From assembly GCA_965644265.1 (NCBI GenBank), contig OZ286477.1, positions 26,846,001 to 26,910,000 of the forward strand: 64,000 nt of DNA, given 5' to 3'. The stretch comes from Glycera tridactyla (lineage: Eukaryota). The notes beneath the pieces are model-generated. The model saw only the letters and a list, made by a program, of their open reading frames with translations. It ran no database searches and was not told the DNA's origin. Each line of letters starts with the position of its first letter. Position 1 is the stretch's first letter. Below are positions 13,921-26,790 of the stretch, piece by piece. The position numbers were made by a program, and so were the translations under genes.

Positions 13921-14015
13921 GGGATCAAACCGGGGTCGGACGCATAACCTTTGACCAAGGCGGTCACCATGGCAATATACAATGACGGCACCCCTAACCA
14001 CTCTGCTACTGAGTC
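13921..14015 (-). mobile_element. tRNA-like SINE head or tRNA pseudogene fragment, different family from the three-copy SINE
   Basis: Minus strand TAGCAGAGTGGTTAG (A-box-like) and CCGGTTTGATCCC (B-box-like), with unusually long spacing. Confidence 0.35.
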
Positions 14016-16263
14016 ATATCATAAAATGTAAAATGCCTTGAGCAGCTATCAAGCTAGCACTGGCAATGCCTCACTTTCAGCAGTCATGGGATCATGATAC
14101 CAGCGACTTGCCATACATATTTTTCTGGCCGATTTCATGCCAGCTACATGATATACACTACACGCCAGCTACATGATATACACTACATATCCATATATGC
14201 ACATCCAAAGTCACAGGCAATGTTCAGAGCATACTCACTACATCTACAAGTTCACTTGACCCCACACGCACACTAACTCACAAGGGTGCGCGCACACCCA
14301 ATTTACATCTGCCTGCAAAAACAAGGCCTAACTGACATCAAAGCTACAAAATCCACCAAGTTGGCTTCGTCACATAACGACGGCCGTATGTCGCTGCAAA
14401 CATGTACCTCTGGAGTAACTTTGTCACTTACGCCACTTCGCAAACAAGAATAGCTGAAAAGCCATAGGTGTGTGTGGCGTCGAGGGGTGGCATATATTAA
14501 TGGTAGACCGTTTGCCTTGTGGTGATATGTGAAGTGTCCATTCTGATAGCTGGAAGTGCACATAAAGTCAGAAAACACGTGACGTTGAAGAAACATATCA
14601 CACCTGCACGCGAGTTTTATATGTCTTGAATTGCATTATCTCCTTCCATCGGAAGATGCTGCGAGTTTTGCTGCATGTATGTCACTTGTACCTACATCAC
14701 CTGTAATGCAGATGTTTGGGATAAAAAATCTGCCCTGATGTCAGCCACCACGCTATCTACAGGAAATGCTCGCCATCAGGCTGATAAAACTAGCCATCTG
14801 TCCCATAGGTTACTTTGGTTACATTCTTGTCTTCACACCAGCCTTCTCGAAATATATGGTGGAATTGCCTGGATACATTTGCAATCTTCTGTTCCCACCT
14901 TACATCTACAATTTACAGATCACCATACACTTTTTTTGCTTTGTTTCTAAGAAAGTTTCATTATAAATATTTGATTCGAGCCAGTAATCAGGCACCCTGT
15001 CCATTTGCCATTGTGGTGGACTTGGTTGATATATTGGTTGTTCCACGTAACACAAAGAAACCAAATGGCGGTATTTAGGAGCAAATGCTGCTCCTATTGA
15101 CCAAAATAAAAAATCAACATGTCAAATGAGGTTACTTCATCCTTGGCTCATTGTATGACCAAAACTTTAGCAGTATTACTCTCCCTGTATATGAGAGATT
15201 GGTTTCTGACTGGCCCGAAGACATTAGCAGAATGTGAAAGCATATGTCCGAGTGTTTTCGGTTATATGGAGGAATGTTTGATTATGGTGAACAGATGTCC
15301 ACCTGGGACAGGATGGGTGCTGACCTCTGGGCATCTTTGAAGATTCAGTTTTGAAGATCTGTATGATCTGTCAACTCCTGATATCTCTCTCAAATGTTGC
15401 TGAGAGCCTATATTGTAGGAGAGATCTGACATGATTAAATCAAAGTTGCTACCATCTATGCTTGAATTGTGTGGCCTACTCTCTTGTCCTCGTACTCGCG
15501 GATCAGGAATGTACTTCGGTAGTGCTGGTCACTTTCATGCATTCATTTATCCCGGCTTCCTCGCCTGGTTCTAGATGCCATCATTAGATTCAAGGGACAA
15601 AACAATTGACGTCATTGACCAGGAACACACGGCATGCATGCATGCATAAACATTTGGGTTGATTCATGGATTTGAAAATCAACCGATCAATCAATGACCT
15701 GGTTCGTTAAAGCTGTTGTAGGTGGAATGCAGACCATTTGGTTTGGTTGATATAATACTGGGTCATTGTCATCATGCGCATATAGTCCTTGTATTTTACA
15801 TGCGAAATACTTGCATATGTTTTTCAAAAGGATTTGTTCCTGAACATAGGCCTCTGTCAATACATGATTCATATTGTCTTCACGACCTACCTGCCTCTGC
15901 AAGAACAGTGATTAGAAACATCCTTACATTTTTACAGCAAAGTCTGCTGAATGCTCAAATGACTGCTGGCTCATACCAGGGATCGAAAATGTTATTTGTT
16001 CGAGGCAGGTAATTGATTATTTCTCGAAATTAATGTGGTGAATACATGTCAAAATGGCTAGGATTTCTTAATTTATAACCCAATGTTTCAGATGAAATTT
16101 GTGAACAACCAATCAGTGTTCCCTATTCCCCGAATGTTGCTAGTAATAAAGATTGACCAATGTGCAGCAGGTAGGTATTTTGACAGCAAGATCGAAGATG
16201 GGATGGATGAAATGTCAATTGATTTCTCAGATGGGAGGGTGGGGCATGCTGGGGGGGGGGGGG

Positions 16264-16429
16264 ATGAAATGTTAAGGTTCCAGGTCCACTTCCTACACTT
16301 GAGTAGGCTAAATCAGACCACCTGCCAAGGAGGAGCGAAGATGAAGGGTGAAACGTTCGTGCATGGTAGGACTGGGGATTGAACCCCAGACCCATTGCAC
16401 GCCGGCCCGGCATGCTACCACTGAGCCAC
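16264..16429 (-). mobile_element. tRNA-derived SINE, copy 2 (most complete 5-prime end)
   Basis: Reverse complement GTGGCTCAGTGGTAGCATG...GGTTCAATCCCC...CCTTAACATTTCAT. Confidence 0.85.
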
Positions 16430-17049
16430 GATAATGCCCTGCCAAGGTTGAAATTACCAGCTCGACATAATCGAGCTTCATGATCCTTGATGACGAGGAA
16501 ATTCATTCTAAAAGACTTATCTCTTCGACCCAATTCGAGATCATCATCATCCATTATTGGTACAACGCTTCAGAAAATACATCCTTGTGAGAATCACTGA
16601 TCAATACTGCGGTTATAAGTCTCAATCGACTACCCCATCGTGAATCTATGAAGTTGATATGGTAGGATATAATAATCCACAGTGTCGTAGGTCTTCATCA
16701 AGTCAAGGAACTGCTCAACTTCGAATCACACTGCATAATGTAAATCTCTCATTGTTCTTCCAACTTCTGTTAATGTTGAAGAGATGTTGAATATTTCTCA
16801 ATCAACAATGCGTCTCGTATTTTTTTCTGCATTTTGCATCTGTTCTTATTCAAGGGTCTTTATGAATTTGAAGTCTGTGTTGGAGGACATAACGTTAAAT
16901 CAATATCTAGTCATTGTCTCGTCTCACAGGGGGCAGTGACCATGACACTCTCTTTCCAGCATGATACATTTTTATAAACGAATGTGTGCATGTTACCAGT
17001 TTGATCCTTCCAATTTGAAGTGGTTATTGAGCCAGTCATCTGACAGTTT

Positions 17050-17960
17050 CGCAGGAGTATTCCCTCCTCTTCCTTGAGATGAGACCTATGGCTCGTTGTG
17101 AATTCTGATTCGAAGCCCGAATCAAAGAACAGCAGGAGGCAATATTACTAAGGTGACCGGGTCATTTTCCTCCATTAGCTAACCAATGGTATTGCAACTG
17201 TGGATTGCGTTCATTATGTTTTCATTTGATCAAAACTTTTCTGGTGGGTTTGAATCTTGTTCGCATATCACTCATGTTTGGCAATAGGGTCATGGCAGAA
17301 TAATTATGGAATCATCATCCAGAGTGAGTAACCTCCACTATTCATTCCTTTGACAAAATCTTCATAGTTTCCACTATGAGGTAACTCATCCATAAGCCCG
17401 AATATGAAGTTCCGAACACAATGTGGTTTTTAAGCAATCAAATTGGCATGATTGCTTGCTGTTGAATCTGCTGGACGTGTTAGGACTCAGGCCTGTATGT
17501 GAGAATATATGTGAGAATAAGAGGCTAAGTGAACGGAGATGGTTAGATTCATGACCGAATATCAAGACAAACTGCCTGCGGCGATCGTTTGCATGGTGGC
17601 TGTGCTGTCAGTTTGCAGATTCTGGTAGTGGGGACATCCAGTTTTCATGCCACTTCCTCAATGACGAACTAGGTTGATAAATATTGCGTTACCCATGAGT
17701 GACGACGTGGTAACAAAACATATCACCCACATTGAGTGACCCATTTTGATGAAACTTTAAGGTCAATGCCACCTTTTTGAAAGCACTCAGCGGAAACCCC
17801 ATGTCAGTTTGAGTTATATGTTCTGGCCTCTTCAGAGGAAATCAGCATCAGGAAGTGTTGCTGTCAATAAAACTATTTCCAGTTGTTTTTGTAAGTAGCT
17901 GCCTTTGTAGTTAGGCCAGCCTTGATGAATGATGTAAACATTTCATTTGAAAAAGTCCAA
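17050..17960 (-). mobile_element. Highly decayed Ty3/Gypsy-like pol (integrase region) remnant
   Basis: Minus-strand YIIHQGWPNYK (~17905-17936) and DFL*RGQNI..VLSK resemble the pre-integrase GWP segment; PPAVL*FGLRIR (~17101-17139) resembles SPAELLFGRxIR; ~790 nt spacing fits; many stops. Confidence 0.4.
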
Positions 17961-20259
17961 AACGTTATTTTGTCTTTTTAAGTGCTTACGTCACAATAGG
18001 ATGCAATTGGGAAATCAGTCAGACAAGTCAGCTGACTCCATGAAAGTTATTGTCAACGGGGACGCTACACCTTAAGGCCTCTGTTCATATTGGTGTCGAA
18101 AAAGGAATATATGTGCCAACGTGAACAATTACACATACATCTCAAAGCTGTGTTTCTTACTGTGCAAGCACCTCTGTTTGGCGGTAACTCAGTAGAATCT
18201 CTGTAAGCCATCCGCCTACTTCATCTGGGTGTGAATGGCCACTCAGTTCTAGGCGGATTAGGGGATCTCACAGCGATCATCTCACATTGAATAGACGACA
18301 TGTCATTCTCCAAGTCCTAATATGTGTATTATTTGACAGGTCGAAAATGCAATCAATCAGTCAATGTTCATTTGCCTTGCACAGTGTCCCAGCACAGGCA
18401 TCAAGGTGGCATGATATCAGGTATGTTTTGGGGTAACTATGATGTGAATGGCAAACGGACAGCTGATGGCCAGTAAATGTTCGTTTCAAACTTGTCGGGT
18501 GCAACCAATTACCAGGGGTGAACACTCAACCTTTTTCAAGCTAGATTACCTTGGCATGCATCTGGGCTGAGGCACTTAGGTGAGGATATGTACAGTTTTT
18601 TATTGTCCATGTTAGTATATTACAAGAATTGGGTGGCATGACAAGTCGTAGCTGTTTACAATTGTTGAAAGTGATTTTATTGTTGAAAAATCATTATCTT
18701 CCTAGTTCACAGATCTTGATCAGAAAGACGTGAACCAGAGGAATTAGTTACGGTTTGCTGTCATTTATACAATGTCATGCAATGCGATATTGGAATGGAA
18801 CAAAGTTCACTACTCAGTACAGGAAATGCAACCCAATTCAGTGATGCACATTGACCGCAAACATACTGAAGTGAAAGTGAAATGTTTCTCCAGGACTGAT
18901 ACCTTTAATGATTGTTGGGCTATTCAAAGGAGGTGTACCCATAGATGGTGTTACCGTATTATAGACAGGTTTACTTCATATGCTCAGCAGCAATATCTAA
19001 TATGCAAAGCCATATGATCTATGTTATCATGAAGAAGGAGATACAGCAAGGCTGATTGAGTGTAACCTCCATACTCCACCACTGCAATCAACCTAGGTGT
19101 GGATGGTTGATCGAGCCTCAAAACCCGACTTCCCCACTCAACCGAGGTGAGGATGGGCACTTTATTTAAGATGGTAATTGTAGACTGCTTTACTCATGCA
19201 TTTTATCCTGTCTTCATTTCTTTATACTCCAGGGGGAAGCGGGCTCAATAATTACGCCACGTGATGATAATATTATTAGATGAACATGCTGCGGTTCCAA
19301 AATGTGTTGGCATAGCGAGTAAAACCTGTCTCATGATATCCTATCATGGAAAACATAGATGTGTATCTCTTGCAATGTGGGTATGTCCATGCACAAATTC
19401 GACCAATGGTGGGGAGATCCGAAAAAATTGACTGAAAAGTTCAAACCAAGTCGCTGATTTTGTTTTCAGAAAAATCCGCGATATGATTGATACAATTTCT
19501 ATGGATCCTTCAAGTGCTTTTCCTGAAAGTAGCCTGTCTTTTTGAAGACAAATCTCGTTGTTGCGTCCATGCGCAATATTCACCAAATACGTATGGACAA
19601 AAACTTCTGTGTCCTTTTGCATCTATGACATGTCATGTGGGATGAATTGTCCGTCTAATGATATTATTCCTCTACACGCTCGCCAAATTGTTTTGGTCCC
19701 TCTGCGAGTGTACAGCATTCGTGTATTCAATCGTGTATATTGCGCGAGCTGAATTCTTTTCCGGCCGAGTTCGCCTCTTAGCGGCAATCGGCAGTCAAAC
19801 CGAACTAATATACGGAAACAATATTGCGCTTGTTTCAAAGTGATTCTTCCGGGAATGCGCCATCCTAATTTGGTGAAAGGAAAGAAAGCAACTAGAAAAT
19901 CAACTCATAAACATATGCAGGCAGGGGATTTGCACAATAAACCTGAGACTTATTCTAATCAGAGGTGAGCAATAAATGCACTAGCCTCGTGCCACTAGCC
20001 TGGGCAAGCTTCTTACTCCGACTATTGCCATGCTAACAGATGTGACAAAGGTCACTATCACCACAAATCCCCTAAAATCCATGCACTGGCTTCTCGTTTT
20101 GAGTGAAATTCCCAAAAATCTGGATATTTCGGCACAACCAATTTTCACCACAAATACATGTAGTTAGGTGTTTATGGTTCTCAAATATATGATAATTGGC
20201 TGAAAACTTTTCATCATCGGGAAGTTGCTGGTATATGAGTTGTTAAGGGGGAGTGTTAA

Positions 20260-20640
20260 TGCGCAAGCGCAGGATAAGCAAGCAACATGTGCGAATCAAT
20301 CACGTGGGGGCACGTGTGCGCACCCAAGCCCCGCTACCGATCCACTGGCAGCTCCCTCCTATAGGTATTTTCATTTAGTTGAGCAAATGAGAAGCGGGCG
20401 CTGCAGGTTTCCATGGCAACGGCATTCAATAGTTGCCTCTGATATACGCCGCTCTGATGATCTGTGTAATTGTCGTGCGCTCACGAGCCGCTAGATGGCC
20501 CCGGATCACGTGACGCGAATCACGTGTTGCCTCCGCGTTATTCTCCGAGAATTCACGTGGATCACGTGACAGTGACAATTCATTAACCTTTATTGTTTCT
20601 CATTCGCCGCCCAAGAAGATCGCGTAGGTTTCACGTGATT
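20260..20640. promoter_or_regulatory. CpG-rich promoter or enhancer: 7 E-boxes, RFX X-box, NRF1-like and CTCF-like motifs
   Basis: CACGTG at 20301, 20311, 20507, 20521, 20554, 20563 and 20632; GTTTCCATGGCAAC 20407-20420; TGCGCAAGCGCA 20260-20271; CCGCTAGATGGC at 20488. Confidence 0.7.
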
Positions 20641-21440
20641 GATAGTCATGCACGATGAAACCTGATCCATTCGTCCATCATTTTGATCGCAGGCGCATCT
20701 TTTGGATCGCTTGGTCATTCTTCATACAGCGAAGATACCAGCAGGCTTTGATCTATGCCATCATTTGCAGCCGCTATTTTATGTCATAGTGGGGCATTAT
20801 CATGTTACACAAATAATTTGTCAGTATTATTCGAGGGACCATCGTGCTCAATAATAAACATGAAATGAAACCGACACTTCCTCACCTATGACAGAAATAT
20901 ATAATTGATATGCCCTTTATGTGTTTATCTACACAGTGTTTGGTTTCGCATTAGCTTGAGCCAACCACATGCCAATGTCCATCTTTCTACTGCTGAATTT
21001 CTGATGGCTATTACATCAATATTGACCTGACTTCATTCGAGCACTCACACTCAAAATGCTACCAGGGTCATATTTAAGTAAACACAAAATGAATTCATGA
21101 AGATGATATGGATGAGGCAATTGATGTGATTTTGAAAGCATCTACCGGAGTATCAGGGATATTGATACCTGGTTGAGCACAAAACGCTGTATCCGATGGA
21201 TTTTATGGGAATTATATCGAAAGCAATAATGAATATGCACAATTATTCCGATAATCGAAAGTCTATATGTAATAAGTCCAACTTATTTTGTTTCGATTTA
21301 AATTTGATATTGGAATGCATGGGATCTGAAAAATAACATTCTGTGGAATTATGGCTGTTGATGCAGGGGATGACTATGAACAGAGCAAGGATGCAGAGTC
21401 GTAGTTCAGCAGTGGTTTGCCGACTGCAGCGACGCCTTAC

Positions 21441-21509
21441 GGCAGTATAGTCATGGGCGAAAGACAAGAGTCGCCACATGCGCGCCAGTCCCGCCACCTT
21501 GTGACGACT
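21441..21509 (-). CDS. Candidate 69-nt internal exon, frame uncertain (SRHKVAGLARMWRLLSFAHDYTA in phase 0)
   Basis: Very strong acceptor ttgttctttttctttctcAG, donor GCC|GTAAGG, GC-rich relative to flanks. Confidence 0.4.
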
Positions 21510-22258
21510 CTGAGAAAGAAAAAGAACAACAAGGCCAACACGTGGACATCAAGCTTACGACTTGTCTTGTACACTACTGCAAAGATGAAATGAAGATGTG
21601 TGCATGCACACACATGCAGGAACTTGCCTCAATACCAATCGGTGTTCAAAGCTTATGACATATTGAGGAGAAATATCAAATCCTGATAGACTTTTTTTTC
21701 CTTCTCCAATTTTCCACATTTGATCTTCAGAAGGTCCCAATTGCTGCTATAGGAAGGCATATTTACATGATCATTATTATTGTTGTTATGAGTACTATCA
21801 TTATCATTATTATCTTTTTATTATTATTATCATCAATCAGACAATTTTATTATTTTCGTCACTATTACATACAATTTCCCCGAATTTGCAACGATTTTAT
21901 ATAGGAGGCAATTGGTATTCCTACGGATTGAAATATAAGTCACTGAGGGCTGAAAAGAATTTGGAACTTCATCGCTGAATGATGTTGGTGGAAAAGACTC
22001 AGCTTGATCATCCAAACCAAAAAAATCTCATCAAATGGTCTGAAGAATGTAGAGACTATTCAGGGATGACGAACTTCTCAAGGATAGATATATCATCGAT
22101 ACAAGTGGGACAACCCCCTACCCTTTCGAAAAAGCATTGACATCTCAATTCCAAGTTCACATCCCCTTCACTACTCTCTGTCAGAGACCGCTAATTTCAA
22201 CTCAATCAAATAAGCACAAGTGGAATATATTCTGCCTGGCCTTTTGGCATGCCGTAGG

Positions 22259-22410
22259 TCACGGGCACCCCAAAGGGGCCTCAAGTAGGGACCACAAATA
22301 GACCAGGTGCGAGTACACATAGTTGTGGTTGGCTGTCTCAAATGGTGCCTTGAAGTGGCGGTTCACCACAAGTGGAAGTTTGATGGGATCTTTGAGTTTG
22401 ACTCTTGAGA
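22259..22410 (-). CDS. Candidate coding segment VKLKDPIKLPLVVNRHFKAPFETANHNYVYSHLVYLWSLLEAPLGCP*
   Basis: Strong excess of C-ending codons; acceptor atttctcaAG is weak; no recognised homology. Confidence 0.3.
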
Positions 22411-23283
22411 AATTGCTCGCCGTTTTTAATGGCTCACTTGTAAAATAGTGTGATTTCAAACATGTATTCAACCCAAGCGGGACGCGCGCTGTGGTTAGTT
22501 GATAACACGGGCGACATTTGCATAGATGTCGCTGCGGAGGCCCCTGGCCCATAAATCAACTCACGATATGGGGTGGCTCCTAGCTTCTAATAGAATTAAC
22601 CCTTTGATGGATGATTTTTTCTTGTAAGTTTCTTCCTTAATTACTGTTTTGCATAGGTCGCTCACTTTTCCCTGTTGCAGTGGCTGTTTGATGCTGATAT
22701 CACCATTGCCCCTTGCTCCTGGAGGTTAGCCATAGTCAATCAGTTTTCCTGTATGTTGTGTCTTCTTCTTTAATTTTCTTATTCTCCCTGTCCCTTGAAA
22801 TGTGATCAATAACCATCCTATCATATATCTACCACTCTACTATTCACACTTAATCATGTATGCAATCCGTTTAAGATTAAGAAGAAGCGCGTACTTTTCC
22901 AGGAAATGATTCTTTCTAGAATCATTTTGTTGATGGAGAAACACATTAATTTTAGCAACGTCATGAAGGACCCACTTTGTCGGGAATTTAACTGAATTTG
23001 CGGAATCCCGACATTCAGAGAGAAAAATTGAATGGGGAAATTGTTGCAATATGGCCAGACGTTTCAGAATCAATCATGAATGTCATCACAATGTAGTGAA
23101 ATATTCAAGAAAATCTAGTCATCTTACCGAAGATTATGCATCATCGCATTGACCTCACTGGGTGTTTGTGATGTTTGTGTGAGGAATGATACTGTGTTAG
23201 GAGCAGGGTGTGTGGTGGAAAACAAGTTATGGCGAGGGGGTGAACAGTGCCGGCGGGGTACCATAGTCTTCCAGCTGCCCTAC

Positions 23284-23383
23284 TTTCCACCATACATGTT
23301 TTGTTCTGTGAGCTCCAGTAAGGAGAGGGCGAGGTTGCCCTTGATCTTTTTATTGGCCTTGATTTCATCCTTCGAGAAAGACC
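23284..23383 (-). CDS. Candidate 100-nt exon (G)SFSKDEIKANKKIKGNLALSLLELTEQNMYGG(K)
   Basis: Acceptor ttcaactcttttcctAG, donor AAA|GTAGGG, 12 of 32 codons C-ending. Confidence 0.4.
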
Positions 23384-26300
23384 CTAGGAAAAGAGTTGAA
23401 TCGTCCCACTCATATCAATTGTCTGTAGTGTCACTATAGCCCAGATATCGAACAAGCACTGAAGCTATGTTTTCCACACCTTTTCTTAAGCATTTCACAC
23501 TCTCCCTGTGTGTGTGTTTATCTACCACTTTCTTGATTCCTTCCCCCTTCACCTTGCTCGCTTTTGTTTCGCAGTCGATCGTTTCATCCTCTCTCTGCAT
23601 CACTATATATATCCACCCCCTTTTGTAACCCCTCGCTCTCCACCCATTTCTACTTGTCTCAATTTGTATTGGATATCGTTCAACTTGAGTGACAGGCGCT
23701 GTCATCTGAATACATCCTATATACTATATACTATACATATACATACCACATATCCACCCCTTTCACCCCTATATAGCTCTTCACCCCTTTCTTCCTGTCT
23801 CAATTCTCACTGGGTATCGTTTATTTGAATGACAGTTGCTGTCATCTGGAAACAAGACATATCCTATTGGTTGGTACGTGATATATATGAAACTATTGAC
23901 ATACTGAACTCATGGAGATGGACTGCCTAGATGACCTGTTGCAAATTATGACATTGGAATCTGTCATAACAGCATGGTGAGCAAGAGTGCAAATGCCGGG
24001 CATGTATGTCAAAGATAAGGCCCCATATGTCACGAACTACGCAGCTTTTGTAAACCTCAAAAACAGACGCCAATGTTAGTGAGCTTATCCCAAGTCACAA
24101 TCGATTGGGAAATGCCTATACTTTACATAATGAAAGCCTGACCGAAAAAGGAGAGAGAAAGAACATCAATCTACCAGGCAAACCGGATGTGACACAGTTT
24201 CTCCTGAATCAAATGTGTAGAGAATGATGAATAGAGGCATGTGGGAAGTATTCAAACTATCAATGAAATATGCTCAACCATCATCTTGCGAAACTGCCCC
24301 AGTTCATCACAACAGATGCTTCAATCCAAGTTTTATTCCAATTGGAATGTCAACAAGAATACTCGTATCAGAGAAACCATTGTTTTTGGTCGGGTTTGAC
24401 GGACTTCAGAAGATGTAGGTTATGTCTGATCATCAGCCAATGTCTGTTTAACGTCGAAAGGACAAAGAGGGACCTTTACACGACGTATTTACTAGGGTAC
24501 TGGGTCGGTGAAGGCATGGTGAAGGGCACTCTTCTAGTGGTTCTCACTCGCTGACTGCACAAGTTGGGCTGTCCGCCATATTGACTAGGCTGCGTAGTCC
24601 CCGGATGTAATCATCCATCATGGCTTCCTGACCACCTCATCCTCACCGCAATAAACATACCCACATTTGGTACACCTTCAGCTGGCATAAATTTGGCTTG
24701 AATGAAAGCCAATTAGGTGATCTAGCTCCGGGTATCACTCAACATAGGGTGGATCTCCGAACCTCCAGCCTCTGATAATTGCGTAGCCTCTGCAAGCACC
24801 AAAACGAGCATCCCCGAGATGTGGGGATGAAAAGGAGATAGAGAAAGAGGAAGGTTGACCTCGTTTCTAACGCGAGAATATGGCTCAGAAGGGTCACCGC
24901 TTGGAGGTCAAAGCTATAGTCAGTTCCTTGTTGTGATGAGTTACTGTTACTGTCGCGCTCTTCAAGGATCCGACTATGGTGCGTAACTCGATGTGACATT
25001 GACACTACTACTGCTGCTGGTGCTGCCCCATGATTCCAAACACCTAATGGTAATTAAACTCTGCGATGCCAGCCTTTCTAGTGCATAAATTAGTGAATGA
25101 GGCTGCTGATGAACAATCAGGGTGAATTTGTTGAAATCCCATTTACGATGAGTTGCGTCACATAAACCTTCTGGGTGACCGTGTCGCATTTCATAAGAAA
25201 TGAGGAAAAGCTAACATGGAAGAAAAAAGAAAAAAAGGTTGCAATCTTGCAGGATATGCCAATTCGGATAATATGCAGGCCACCTGGTGATCATCAGATG
25301 AACTTCGATTGCTTCACAGGGATCAGTGGCTCATCATATTCGATGAGGAAAACATATAAGATGAGATAGGATAGCTATAAATGAACTTTATTTTGAATCT
25401 CACCTATGCATACAAAACTATATAGTTTTACTTTGGTTTTCTTACACAGACGAGTAATATGTGCAGACATAATGTATACAATATACAGTCACACTGAGAT
25501 CAGTTGGATTGACAGCATCGACATGTCTGGAAGGATGAGGGCACCCCTCCCCCCCCCCCCCCCATCTCCCCTATAATTCAGAAAAGCCAACCATTACGAT
25601 TTCAAGTACTGATTACTTTTACAGGCCAGAACTATCGAGTTCCGTGCACAATATTTTCTTCCAAGAAACTCATGAATATCATATTCCAGCATCGAAAAAT
25701 ACTGCCATCGTTCTTCCTGTAAAAAAATGCATCAATAATATTTCTGCTCCTAGAAAATAAAAGTGAGCTTTTTTATGATCCTCACGTTATCAGCCCCTAA
25801 AAAACTCAAATCTAAATTCAAATTTCAAACACCTATCACATTCCGTATCACAATACATGTAACATTGGTGATTACTTAGTAATGTATAGTAATTACATAT
25901 AGTAATTACATGAGCAACACACACATATAAGAATAATATGACACATTGGCACATATTTATCCAATAGAAAGGTCAATTTGGCATGCCATCTCGACTAGCT
26001 AGATAAATGTTGGGGGATCTGTCACAGTTAATCACTTCACTTTGTATAGAGGATTGACATATATCAAAAGGGCACAGGGCACATAAATCCTGGGTCACCA
26101 GGGCAGTGACCTGGTTCAGTAGGTGCAGTGTAATGGCATTGTACTGTGAATATAGGGTTCATTGCGATCATTCTGAATTTGACTTACATTTAACACTTCA
26201 TAATCAAACATACAATCAAGTATTTCCCGCGGCTATACTTTGTTGGGATTTGTAAACTCAGAACTTGTGTCTGTTTCCAGATTATCAGCTAGCCAAACAT

Positions 26301-26580
26301 GTCAAAAATAGCTGCATCTGTCTCATGTCATATGGATGGCGTTGAGTCTGAACTGACAGCTACTTGACAGCTGTTTTGACACCCAACCATCGAAGCTCTG
26401 GCTATGTGATAGTCGAGTCGTTCTGAGGAAATGATGCAGTTTTCGAGGCATTCTGGAGAAAACATCCAGTTTTCAGAAATTTTGAAAGCAAAATATACAT
26501 AACTCTAGTGTAAAATTGGCAATCGAGCGAAATTTCAAAGAAATTTCCTGGATCAAGAAATCCCGATCGAGATAACATAC

Positions 26581-26790
26581 CCTGAACCTGCTCGAAGAGA
26601 AGATTTGCTGATTTTTATGGCATTAAAATCATGAGAATCGGACCAGGGTTTAGAGATAGAGCACTGAGTTGGTAACGATATATAGAAGCCACCAGTAGGA
26701 ACTTCTTTCAGTTTTTTGGATGACAATATCATGATGAAATGTGCTTCTGGGCTCGATTTCAAGGTTTTATCTTGTGAGCTAATCACAGCC
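26581..26790 (-). CDS. Candidate 210-nt symmetric (phase 2-2) exon AVISSQDKTLK...KSSLRAGS(G)
   Basis: Acceptor gtgtttcattcAG, donor AGG|GTATGT, fully open frame. Confidence 0.3.

Noticed and set aside
25100-25140. CTGATGA...GAAA resembling a hammerhead core (other CTGATGA sites also checked)
   Set aside because: Stem II cannot pair correctly at any site examined
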